34,800 nt of DNA, from NCBI GenBank assembly GCA_025353045.1, contig JANXRK010000045.1, positions 1 to 34,800 of the forward strand. The letters are read 5' to 3'. Source of the stretch: Candidatus Tayloriibacteriota bacterium (GTDB taxonomy: Bacteria; Patescibacteriota; Minisyncoccia; Phycocordibacterales; PALSA-1337). The notes under the pieces were generated by a model. It did no database searches, was not told where the DNA came from, and saw only the letters and a program-made list of their open reading frames with translations. A program made the translations under genes and the position numbers. Positions 20,301 through 28,989 of this stretch are shown here, in pieces; position 1 is the stretch's first letter; every line of letters starts with the position of its first letter.

Positions 20301-20920
20301 TTTACTCTTTGTGACACTCTCGTTTGAATTGAGAAATCTGTTCTATCTTTAGCCTTGATTCCTGAATAGCCCTGGAAAAGGAAGAGTGCATATGGCTGGC
20401 TATTTGCATCAACGATAATAACTGCATTAGTTATCTTTATATCTGAAGAAGTCACATCAATAAAATCACTATCGGTAACAGAGTCGGTACAGTCTGTTTG
20501 TTGACCTTTTTGAAGCTTTTTATTTGCTGAATCATATCTATAAACATAGATGAGATTACAAATTCCATTTACATTACTTGTTTTTGAAGAAGTGAATGCA
20601 ATAAGCCAATCCCCAGAACTTATCTCTGATTTATTTCCTGGTGACGGAGAAGCTGAATAGGTGCTACTAATTCCACCACCAATACTTGTACCAAGATAAT
20701 ATTTACTACCAACTCTCATTTCGCGCGACATTGATTCTAAAGAAAAATTCAAATTGTTTACGGCAGTTTTTAAACTAAGAGACTTTTTATTTGCATCCAT
20801 GACCCTCAAAAGAGCTCCGATCGCCACAAGAGCTACTACAGTAAAAATAGCCAAAGAAACAATAATCTCAACAAGAGTGAATCCTTTCTGTGATGATTTT
20901 TTAAAATAAAGTGATCTCAT
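20297..20920 (-). CDS. PilW/PulJ-like minor pilin
   Basis: KG|FTLVEIIVS; LESMSREMR. Confidence 0.85.
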   Translation of the reverse strand: MRSLYFKKSSQKGFTLVEIIVSLAIFTVVALVAIGALLRVMDANKKSLSLKTAVNNLNFSLESMSREMRVGSKYYLGTSIGGGISSTYSASPSPGNKSEISSGDWLIAFTSSKTSNVNGICNLIYVYRYDSANKKLQKGQQTDCTDSVTDSDFIDVTSSDIKITNAVIIVDANSQPYALFLFQGYSGIKAKDRTDFSIQTRVSQRVK

Positions 20921-20922
20921 AT

Positions 20923-21498
20923 TTATTGAACTGATATTTGGCCTGTCGAACGAACAGTGATATTCTTTACACTTACACCGTCACTAGCCATAACTTTAAT
21001 CGTGGCATCGGAATATGTCTTTGTATTGTCGTTATTAGCATATATAATAGCATTAGGATCTGGACGTTTGAAAATTATATCGAGTGGACTAATGTTATTA
21101 GTGCAATTACTTTTACACAATGTGGATATCTTACTTCCTCGAGTGATAGTAGTTTGAGAAATAATTTTATCAGTACCTGCATCATATCGTCCATTAGTTG
21201 GATTTGAATCAGCAAAGAAAATAAATGTTGTATTTTGTGATGCTGAAGAATCAAAGTGTACGCCGTAAGGATAATTATAAAGATCAGAGTTTCTATCGGC
21301 ACTTTTCACATTCAGTCCATATGACTGTGCATTTCGTATTGTTAAAGCAATGTCATATGCAAGATTAGTTAAAAGAATGCCTTGATTGAAAGTTCCATAT
21401 TTTGAGAGAAGAAGCACCGTCATCAAAGCAAAAATAGCGATTGAAACAAGAAGTTCAAGTATAGTAAATCCTTTTTTATTTGTTAAATATATCTTCAT
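20923..21498 (-). CDS. FimT/GspH-like minor pilin
   Basis: KG|FTILELLVS; IALTIRNAQ; C-terminal TGQI. Confidence 0.85.
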   Translation of the reverse strand: MKIYLTNKKGFTILELLVSIAIFALMTVLLLSKYGTFNQGILLTNLAYDIALTIRNAQSYGLNVKSADRNSDLYNYPYGVHFDSSASQNTTFIFFADSNPTNGRYDAGTDKIISQTTITRGSKISTLCKSNCTNNISPLDIIFKRPDPNAIIYANNDNTKTYSDATIKVMASDGVSVKNITVRSTGQISVQ

Positions 21499-22271
21499 AT
21501 TGGTAATTCGATTACTCGTATTCCGAAGAATAAAACAATATACATTCCAAAAATTAAATATGGTCCAAACGGTATTTCATAGCGAGCTTTTACTTTTCTA
21601 AAAACTATATACATCCATACTACACTCACAACCGCCCCGATCCAAAAAGCCAAGACAATTGCTGATAATCCTGACATCAGTCCCAATGTCCAACCGATAC
21701 CAAGCACAAGTTTAGAATCTCCCAATCCCATCCAAGTCCCTTTTGAAAAAAACCACATTAAGAAAAATGGTAAAGCTAAAACCGGCCCAGCCAAAAGATC
21801 TGAAGCTGGAGGGATTACAAAAGAAAGATCTGCTGAAAAAAATAATTTTATAAAGGCGATAGCAGCAAAAGTATACACCAACGAATCTGGGATAATTTTA
21901 TGTTTAATATCATAGATAGTGATAATCAAAAGCAGAGAGGTGATGAAAAGATAAAAGAGGGTTGTAACTGCTGCCTCGATAGTAATTGGAGGGAAATAAT
22001 AGAAAATTAAAACAAATAGAAAGCCCCCAAGAATTTCGATTGTTGGATATTGCCACGATATCTTACTTTTACAATTTCGACACTGACCTTTTTGAAAAAG
22101 AAAACTAAAAACTGGCACAAGCTCATACCAATTGAGATTTTTTCCACAAGAAAAGCATTTCGATCTTCCCTTCAGGGTCATACCGGTATTAAATCTCAAA
22201 GCAACAACATTTAAGAAACTGCCTATGAGAGTTCCGAGTACAAATGAAAATATGATAAAGAAACTTTGCAT
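21495..22271 (-). CDS. pilD: Prepilin peptidase / N-methyltransferase
   Basis: GSFLNVVALR; two CxxC motifs; YDIKHKIIPD; GLGDSKL; IPFGPYL. Confidence 0.95.
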   Translation of the reverse strand: MQSFFIIFSFVLGTLIGSFLNVVALRFNTGMTLKGRSKCFSCGKNLNWYELVPVFSFLFQKGQCRNCKSKISWQYPTIEILGGFLFVLIFYYFPPITIEAAVTTLFYLFITSLLLIITIYDIKHKIIPDSLVYTFAAIAFIKLFFSADLSFVIPPASDLLAGPVLALPFFLMWFFSKGTWMGLGDSKLVLGIGWTLGLMSGLSAIVLAFWIGAVVSVVWMYIVFRKVKARYEIPFGPYLIFGMYIVLFFGIRVIELPI

Positions 22272-22742
22272 CTATTTTGGTTGAACGCAATAATAAAAAC
22301 TTGGCGAAGTCTTGGTGCAATCTAGATTTAAGATATTGTTATTATTCGGCGCATCTGTCAAAGCAGCATTTGAACTTTCTAATTTAGCTTGAATTACATA
22401 ATCCGTACCAGACATAGCATAATTATATACCGCGAGCGTTGTTGGATCTTTAGGTATCACTGCGATAAAATCACTTAATTTAGTTCCAGATACCAGACAA
22501 CCATTAATACTATTTGATGGAATCGCATATTCTGCAGGTGATGGAAAAACTGAACATTTATCAAAAGCTTGTTCGAGGGCGAGTTGGATCTGATTTACAT
22601 CAGAAACTCTTTTTGCATCTCGAGCTCGAGCTCGGGCAGTTGTGAAATTAGCAGTAACAATAGCTGTTAAAATTCCAATAATTGCAATAACGACTAGTAA
22701 TTCTATTAATGTAAACCCTGACTTAAAAAGTGTTTTTTTCAT
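22272..22742 (-). CDS. Type IV pilin / GspG-like major pilin
   Basis: SG|FTLIELLVVIAIIGIL, ARDAKRVSD, PKDP. Start reassigned to MKKTLF (22742), 7 nt after TATAAT. Confidence 0.9.
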   Translation of the reverse strand: MKKTLFKSGFTLIELLVVIAIIGILTAIVTANFTTARARARDAKRVSDVNQIQLALEQAFDKCSVFPSPAEYAIPSNSINGCLVSGTKLSDFIAVIPKDPTTLAVYNYAMSGTDYVIQAKLESSNAALTDAPNNNNILNLDCTKTSPSFYYCVQPK

Positions 22743-22776
22743 TAGACTAATTATACCCCATGTCAATATAAAAACG

Positions 22777-22824
22777 AATCCCCCAAAGATGTACCAGCGC
22801 AAACTAGTGTCTCTTCGGGGGATT
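22777..22824 (-). terminator. Intrinsic terminator-like hairpin
   Basis: Stem aatcccccaaaga/tcttcgggggatt; CGTTTTT follows it on the minus strand. Confidence 0.6.
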
Positions 22825-22853
22825 GTGGGTTTTGATCGTGGTCGCGCAGTTCG

Positions 22854-23123
22854 TCACTGCAGACAAGGATCAGGCGCATGAGTCGGCGTGGCCATCATCT
22901 GCTCGAGCACGAAGTCAATGATTTCGTCCAGCATACCAATGACGTTCTTGATCAGTTTGGTGACTCCAGCCAATTTGATCAGCATATAGCTACCGTCGCA
23001 GACGACGTACTCGATCTGAGTGTCCACAAATTCAATATTTTTGGTGGTATTGAACCCTTTGCGAGCCCTCAATGCTCTTATGAGCTGCTTGTGGATTATG
23101 GGCCTTTTAATCTTCTCGGACAT
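22854..23123 (-). CDS. Hypothetical protein (GC-richer ORFan)
   Basis: 89-aa ORF between a full promoter and a terminator on the same strand. Confidence 0.55.
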   Translation of the reverse strand: MSEKIKRPIIHKQLIRALRARKGFNTTKNIEFVDTQIEYVVCDGSYMLIKLAGVTKLIKNVIGMLDEIIDFVLEQMMATPTHAPDPCLQ

Positions 23124-23200
23124 TTTATTAGGGGGTCAAGTGAGTAGGTGCACGGATACGTTGTCGCCAGACAACGCACATCCGGAACATCTGGACAATA

Positions 23201-23228
23201 ACTATACTACGATTATTTAAATCGTCAA
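23201..23228 (-). promoter_or_regulatory. Sigma70-like promoter
   Basis: TTGACG-16 nt-TATAGT on the minus strand, followed by a leader hairpin at 23184-23153. Confidence 0.6.
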
Positions 23229-23239
23229 GAAAATAAAGA

Positions 23240-24391
23240 TTAGTTATGCACAGTTGAACTAGCGGCTTGAAGTGCTGAAGCTGTGTAAACATTTGAAGCA
23301 TTCCATAACATCCAACTTGTTAAGCCCGAATCATACGTGGCTTGTATCTGGGCACGCACCATATTTGGAGTATACTCTACTCCACCAATACTAAAATCTT
23401 GTAACCAAGGTCGAAGTTTGGTTGCTGTTGTACTTGCAAGATCTGCTTTCTTAACTGCCTCACCCATTGCATATTTAATAACTTCATATGGTTTCGCAGC
23501 AGGCTTTGGATATCCTAAAAATGTTGCTGGATAATGCGACGGATAGACCATCGGCGCCACGAAATCAAAATGTACGAGCGCATCACCCAAGATTTGTCCG
23601 ATTCCCAGATCACCATGAGACGATGTTGTCATACCAAAAAGATCTGCAGAAATTGGAATTTTCTTTTTGTGGAATGTTGTATCGAGATATGCAAAAAAGT
23701 CTTTGAGTGCATCTGGCTTACTTTTTCTTTGGCTAAACGGAAAAGCGATATCCTCCATATTTCCATCAGAAGGAAAACGAATATAGTCAAAATTTAATTC
23801 ATCAAAGCCAGCTGCATATGACTCTTCACCAATGAGTGTTAGATAGTCCCATACGGGTTTTGCGCTGACATCCAACCAACTGATTCCCTTTCGATCTTTC
23901 CAAAGTTTTCCAGCCTTATCAGTTACAGCCAATTCTGGTTTTGAATGAACAAGAAATGAGTCTTGGAATGAAGAAATTCTTCCAATAACGTAGATACCTT
24001 TATCATGAAGTTTTCCGATAAATTCTTTTATGTCTGGGATGCGATTTTCTACGGAATTGTAAGCTTGGAGCTTGGGGTCATCCACTTTAAAACTGATACG
24101 ACCTGTATAGTCCTTGATATCTATCACAACCGCATTAATCTCTGTTTTATCCATAAGGTCAACAAGATTATTTCTAAGCTTACTATTACCAGCCACCCAA
24201 CTCGACATATAAATAGCTTTCAAAGGAACTGGGGTCTGTATATGAGTAACAGCAAAGGGCGTTGGAATAGTTGTTGTTGCTTGAACAATATTTTTAGTTC
24301 TGTATGTTTGATATTCAAATGGATAGAAGTAGGCAGTAACAAGCACACCGATAAAAATTGCTATTGTCACTATATACAAAACCCTACTCAT
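23240..24391 (-). CDS. Membrane-anchored putative glycoside hydrolase (DUF4015-like TIM barrel)
   Basis: N-terminal TM; NAVVIDIKDYTG, GFDELNFDYIRFP, PMVYPSHY, RPWLQDF, WMLWN. Confidence 0.85.
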   Translation of the reverse strand: MSRVLYIVTIAIFIGVLVTAYFYPFEYQTYRTKNIVQATTTIPTPFAVTHIQTPVPLKAIYMSSWVAGNSKLRNNLVDLMDKTEINAVVIDIKDYTGRISFKVDDPKLQAYNSVENRIPDIKEFIGKLHDKGIYVIGRISSFQDSFLVHSKPELAVTDKAGKLWKDRKGISWLDVSAKPVWDYLTLIGEESYAAGFDELNFDYIRFPSDGNMEDIAFPFSQRKSKPDALKDFFAYLDTTFHKKKIPISADLFGMTTSSHGDLGIGQILGDALVHFDFVAPMVYPSHYPATFLGYPKPAAKPYEVIKYAMGEAVKKADLASTTATKLRPWLQDFSIGGVEYTPNMVRAQIQATYDSGLTSWMLWNASNVYTASALQAASSTVHN

Positions 24392-24570
24392 CAGATATTT
24401 AAAGAATCGTTATTGTTTTCTCTCTTTTCGTGAGGAAGGTTATAGGAAATCAGGATAATAAGTAAACCAGAGACGCTTGCAATTATTTTATGCCAAAGTG
24501 AAGGCACTCCGAGGAAAAGGAATACCGTCACCCAAATCCCAAATAAACATAATAACTGTCTCTTTGACAT
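24391..24570 (-). CDS. Small two-TM membrane protein, 59 aa (not in the ORF track)
   Basis: MSKRQLLCLFGIWVTVFLFLGVPSLWHKIIASVSGLLIILISYNLPHEKRENNNDSLNI; TGATG overlap with the hydrolase start; TATAAT 7 nt upstream. Confidence 0.75.
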   Translation of the reverse strand: MSKRQLLCLFGIWVTVFLFLGVPSLWHKIIASVSGLLIILISYNLPHEKRENNNDSLNI

Positions 24571-24589
24571 AATTAGTATTATACTTGTT

Positions 24590-25261
24590 TTACTTTACAG
24601 ACACAATAACTACTAATTCTCCTTTTTGTTTTTCAGGAATTTCAGTCATTATTTTTAATATTTCCTCGGCACTCCCCTGCAAAACTTCTTCATAAATTTT
24701 TGTAATTTCTCGAACAATAGTTATTTTTTTGTCGATTTTTTTCAGCGACTCTAGAGTTTTCAAAATTCTATGCGTTGATTCATAAAAAACAATTGTTCTT
24801 TCTGATTTTGCAATCTCTTTGAAGAGAGTTTCTCTACCCTTTTTGTGTGGCATAAAACCAAGAAAAATAAATTCGTGTGTTGGCACTCCAGAAATAGAAA
24901 GTGCAGAAGTTAAAGCTGAAGGACCGGGTACAGCTTCTATTTTTAAATCAGGATATTTTTCTCGAATGATAGAAATGAGCAAGGAACCTGGATCAGAGAT
25001 CCCTGGGGTTCCAGCGTCGGTAACGAGAGCAATATCTTTTCCCTTTTCAATTTTTTCTAAAATAAGTTCGACTTTTGTCTCTCCACTTTGGGCATGATAA
25101 CTCAACATCTGAGTAGAAACTCCATATTTTTCAAAAATTCTTTTTGTAACTCGAGTATCTTCGCAGAGGACGATATCGACTTCTTTAAGAATACGAAGGG
25201 CTCGAAGAGTTATATCTTCGAGGTTCCCAATTGGAGTAGCGATAACATAAAAAGTAGACAT
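24590..25261 (-). CDS. rsmI: 16S rRNA C1402 2'-O-methyltransferase
   Basis: ATPIGNLEDIT, CEDTRVT, DAGTPGISDPG, YESTHR, REITKIYEE. Confidence 0.97.
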   Translation of the reverse strand: MSTFYVIATPIGNLEDITLRALRILKEVDIVLCEDTRVTKRIFEKYGVSTQMLSYHAQSGETKVELILEKIEKGKDIALVTDAGTPGISDPGSLLISIIREKYPDLKIEAVPGPSALTSALSISGVPTHEFIFLGFMPHKKGRETLFKEIAKSERTIVFYESTHRILKTLESLKKIDKKITIVREITKIYEEVLQGSAEEILKIMTEIPEKQKGELVVIVSVK

Positions 25262-25288
25262 TACGATATAATATACTACACTATCTAT

Positions 25289-26464
25289 ATGGCAAGCATT
25301 CTCTACATCACACGAGATATCGAACGAACTTTAGGGAAAACCCCTGGAGAAGATTACTACGTTGTGACAAATAAAACTCCTTACGCTGAAGAAGTCCAAA
25401 AATGTTATCCTGACTTTGTATTTCTCGTGGAATCAGAAAAAATTCTTAGTACGCTTGAACTTCTTCAACATTCTCAAGTACGAGAAATTATTGAAGAATA
25501 CAAATTTCCAATTGTTGTTTTCAAAAATAATCTTCAGATCGAAGAATTATGCAAAGATAAAGGTTGGCTACTTCTAAATCCAAGCGCTGAGCTTGCGGAG
25601 AAAGTAGAAAATAAAATTACTCAAGTAGATTGGCTTGGTGAATTAGAAAATCTCTTGCCACCACACGAAATCAAAATAACAAAAGACATTGTTTGGAATA
25701 AAAAAGCTTTTATTCTCCAATGGGCACATGGACACACAGGAAGCAGCACCGTTCTTGTCCAAAATGAAAAAGATTTGAAGGCTTTGCAAGAAAAGTTTCC
25801 ACAACGAGAAGCTCGTGTAACGGATTTTATAAAAGGACCAATGCTTACATCAAATATTGTGGTCACAAAACATGCGCTACTTCTTGGAAACATTAGTTAT
25901 CAAATTACTGGCATTTTACCTTTCACAGAGAATCCTTTGAGCACAATCGGAAATGATTGGAGTCTTCCCCATACTATTTTAAGTGAAGCGCAGTTAGGTC
26001 AATTTTCATCGATCGCGAAAAAAGTTGGTCAAAAAATGCAAGTTTCTGGTTGGAAAGGACTTTTTGGTATTGATGTTATCTATGACGAAGAAAGAAATCT
26101 TATGTATTTAATAGAAATAAATGCTCGCCAACCAGCAAGTACTTCGTATGAATCAATTCTTCAGGCGACATTTGATCTTAAAGGCCTGACGACATTCCAA
26201 GCGCACCTCGATGTTCTAAGTGAAACTACGATCGATTCATCTCTTATACAAATTAATGATGGCTCACAAATTCTTCAAAGAGTTACGTCTCAGATCAAAA
26301 AACTTTCAACAGCAAAACTAAAAAAAGCTGGGTATAAAGTTATTTCTTATGGAAATGAAAAGGTAAATGAAGATCTTCTACGAATCCAATCTTCACGAGG
26401 AATCATGGAGACCCACAATAAATTTAATTTGAGAGGAAAAGATATTTTGGAATTGCTTGAATAA
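25289..26464 (+). CDS. ATP-grasp domain ligase
   Basis: ENKI; LQWAHGHTGSST loop; GNDW; GLFGIDVI; YLIEINAR. Start reassigned to MASILY (25289) because the longer ORF overlaps rsmI. Confidence 0.85.
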   Translation: MASILYITRDIERTLGKTPGEDYYVVTNKTPYAEEVQKCYPDFVFLVESEKILSTLELLQHSQVREIIEEYKFPIVVFKNNLQIEELCKDKGWLLLNPSAELAEKVENKITQVDWLGELENLLPPHEIKITKDIVWNKKAFILQWAHGHTGSSTVLVQNEKDLKALQEKFPQREARVTDFIKGPMLTSNIVVTKHALLLGNISYQITGILPFTENPLSTIGNDWSLPHTILSEAQLGQFSSIAKKVGQKMQVSGWKGLFGIDVIYDEERNLMYLIEINARQPASTSYESILQATFDLKGLTTFQAHLDVLSETTIDSSLIQINDGSQILQRVTSQIKKLSTAKLKKAGYKVISYGNEKVNEDLLRIQSSRGIMETHNKFNLRGKDILELLE

Positions 26465-26531
26465 GACTGAATCATAGATATTTTTTTCACTCTACACTTT
26501 CACTTCTTGTTTTTGCATCATTTTAAAAATA

Positions 26532-26598
26532 TGCGACTGAGTTGCATTTAAATTTTATTTCACCTATAGAAACTTTTTCTAGATGCGATTCAGTCGCA
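26532..26598 (+). repeat. 19-bp imperfect inverted repeat (REP-like element or terminator)
   Basis: tgcgactgagttgcattta / tagatgcgattcagtcgca; all three mismatches are G-U pairs on the + strand. Confidence 0.7.
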
Positions 26599-26625
26599 CT
26601 TATAATAATCTGAGGAATTTCGGAA

Positions 26626-27057
26626 CTAGTCAGGCATCATGACAATATATCCTTTATTTTGGTCTGGAACAATATTATCAAAATATCTTTTAAATAACCT
26701 TATTCGGGACATCTCTCTCCTTGTTCTATCCTCTTCTGGCGCATCTCCATAATATGGATAAAACCAAAATTTATTGATTCTTGCATCTCTCATGGCAACT
26801 TTTATACATTCTACAACATAATTCATGTCAGCATCATCAATTTTTATCTCGGGTTGGTCCGTACTTGCTAAACCATTCTCAACCTTCGTTCCGAACAAAA
26901 CTTCTGGCAGATCTTTATAATTTTTTCCAGTTGTATCTATCCCTATTTCAACATTTTTAAAATCATATTTAATAACATCATCCCGAACTTCAATTCTCTG
27001 AAATGGTAGCTCTTGAATTTCATGATTTTCTAATTTGTTGATTGATGATTCATTCAT
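26626..27057 (-). CDS. Hypothetical protein
   Basis: 143-aa acidic ORF starting 6 nt after the stop of the preceding minus-strand gene. Confidence 0.7.
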   Translation of the reverse strand: MNESSINKLENHEIQELPFQRIEVRDDVIKYDFKNVEIGIDTTGKNYKDLPEVLFGTKVENGLASTDQPEIKIDDADMNYVVECIKVAMRDARINKFWFYPYYGDAPEEDRTRREMSRIRLFKRYFDNIVPDQNKGYIVMMPD

Positions 27058-27063
27058 AAAGTA

Positions 27064-27807
27064 TTAATTAAACCAATTTAGTCTTCGAAGTTCTGTCACT
27101 GATTTCTTTGCTCGCATATGAGTATAGTTTTCTTCTCCTTCTTTTTCCAATTCGATCCATCTTTGCTCAACAAGAGATTTTCCATTATCAATTATTTCTA
27201 TTTTCCCCTTATGAATTCCATGTCCAAATTCTCCATCAGTCGGCCATGCGACAGCGTGCGTATAATGCAAAGTTTTTGGTACAGCGTTTTCAAAATCAAT
27301 CTTATACACAACAAGAATATGATCTCTTTCAGTATTTGAAACCATCGTGATGATATCACCCGCTTGAACAGCCTTTACCTGAATCACTTTAGAATTTAAA
27401 TCATGAGCAAATGTTTTTACATCAGTATTTTCAATCGGTCGCAATTTTGCTCGAATAGAACCGATAATTCCTGAACTAAAAGGAAAACGTAAATATTTAT
27501 CAAGATTTCCTTTTCTACGACTGTTACTTTCCTCATTCAAAACATAATAGACAAAACCAGAGCATTCAATTCCAATATCATTTTCAACCATGAACTTTTT
27601 AAGATCTTTTGGATTAAAAGATCTTAAATCTCTCTTTTGTAAAATGGCTTTATGTTCAACCTCTTCGAAAATTTCTTTGTGACTACCTTTGCCGATTTCA
27701 ACCTTTAAACCAGCTCTTCGGCCAGTGGTTTTATTATTGAAATAAGGCACATCTTTATAAGCCTCTATAACCCTCAAAGCGGCTTCAGATAGGACTTGTG
27801 TGTTCAT
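27064..27807 (-). CDS. NlpC/P60-like papain-fold cysteine peptidase/amidase, no signal peptide
   Basis: GIECSGFVYYVL (catalytic Cys), AGDII, DHILVV (His), YTHA. Confidence 0.7.
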   Translation of the reverse strand: MNTQVLSEAALRVIEAYKDVPYFNNKTTGRRAGLKVEIGKGSHKEIFEEVEHKAILQKRDLRSFNPKDLKKFMVENDIGIECSGFVYYVLNEESNSRRKGNLDKYLRFPFSSGIIGSIRAKLRPIENTDVKTFAHDLNSKVIQVKAVQAGDIITMVSNTERDHILVVYKIDFENAVPKTLHYTHAVAWPTDGEFGHGIHKGKIEIIDNGKSLVEQRWIELEKEGEENYTHMRAKKSVTELRRLNWFN

Positions 27808-27852
27808 ACAATAAGATTAACATATAAGCCATTTTATGCTAATCTAAGGCCT

Positions 27853-28980
27853 ATGATCAGCATATTAGAAGGGACGGCAGATTTGGCTAGTATACTGGGT
27901 TTTGCCCTCCTAGCCTGCGTTGTGGCCTTCGTATGGTCACCTATTTTGATATGGTTCCTCTATCGCTTCAATATCGTCAAAAGTAAAAAAATAGAGCTCG
28001 AAAATATTGAATCTCAAAAAGGTAAAGAAAAAGCTCCAGTTATGGGTGGACTTTTAGTTATCATAACTGTTGCGGTCTTAACCTACTTTTTTAATTGGCA
28101 TAGAAATTATACCTGGGTACCTGTTGGCGTCATGCTTCTTTCTGCACTTCTCGGTGCTGTTGATGATCTTTTAAACGTCTTTGGTGTTGAGAGACGTTCT
28201 CGAAAACTTAAACAAATCTTTACATTGATAAGAGTCCATAAAAATTTAAAAATGCGTTTGTGGTATGCCATAACGTTGCCTTGGTCAATGTTTAAAAGAA
28301 CTTCAGTGTGGATTGGTTCAAGAACTAGTAAAGGAATCCACGTTCACGAAAAACTCCTTCTCCAATTCGCTGCTGGTTCCATAACTGCCTGGTGGATCTA
28401 TGATAAGCTCGGAACTGCCTGGCATTATATTTATTTACCATTTGATATTGATATTTATGCAGGCTGGCTCATCATTCCTTTGATTATTCTTATTGTGATG
28501 TTTACCGCAAACGCTGTAAACATTGCTGACGGTATGGATGGTCTGGCTGGAGGAATGCTTATCTCATCTTTTAGTGCTTTAATTATTTTAAGTTGGATAA
28601 ATGGATTTTCTGAGATCGCCATTTTAAACGCCGTAACTGTTGGAGCATTGGTGACCTATACGTATTTCAATATTAAACCTGCCCGCTTTATGATGGGTGA
28701 TGTGGGATCACTTGGACTTGGTGCTCTATTTGCAGTAAATACTATTGCCATCGGTGAGATCGGTTCAATCTTTTTCCTTGGATTCGTTTTTTATATCGAA
28801 GCATTAAGTGTTGTGATCCAAATCGCTGGACGATATACTCTTGGCCGAAGAATTTTCCGCATGGCTCCTCTTCACCACCATTTTGAATTAAAAGGTTGGA
28901 GTGAAGAAAAAACTATTATGCGTTTCTGGATTATTCACTTTATTTTTGTTGTTTTCGGAGTTTGGTTGGCTTTGCATTAA
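27853..28980 (+). CDS. mraY: Phospho-N-acetylmuramoyl-peptide transferase MraY, probably a paralog
   Basis: PVMGG, GAVDD, NAVNIADGMDGL, FNIKPARFMMGDVGS, RMAPLHHHFE. Start at ATG 27853, 7 nt after TGcTAATCT. Confidence 0.92.
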   Translation: MISILEGTADLASILGFALLACVVAFVWSPILIWFLYRFNIVKSKKIELENIESQKGKEKAPVMGGLLVIITVAVLTYFFNWHRNYTWVPVGVMLLSALLGAVDDLLNVFGVERRSRKLKQIFTLIRVHKNLKMRLWYAITLPWSMFKRTSVWIGSRTSKGIHVHEKLLLQFAAGSITAWWIYDKLGTAWHYIYLPFDIDIYAGWLIIPLIILIVMFTANAVNIADGMDGLAGGMLISSFSALIILSWINGFSEIAILNAVTVGALVTYTYFNIKPARFMMGDVGSLGLGALFAVNTIAIGEIGSIFFLGFVFYIEALSVVIQIAGRYTLGRRIFRMAPLHHHFELKGWSEEKTIMRFWIIHFIFVVFGVWLALH

Positions 28981-28989
28981 TTTTTATCT

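Noticed and set aside
25088..25288. N-terminal extensions in the ORF track (ATP-grasp; similarly gatC, major pilin, mraY, radC)
   Set aside because: They overlap neighbouring genes or promoters; downstream ATGs match the family N-termini or have -10 boxes at 6-7 nt.
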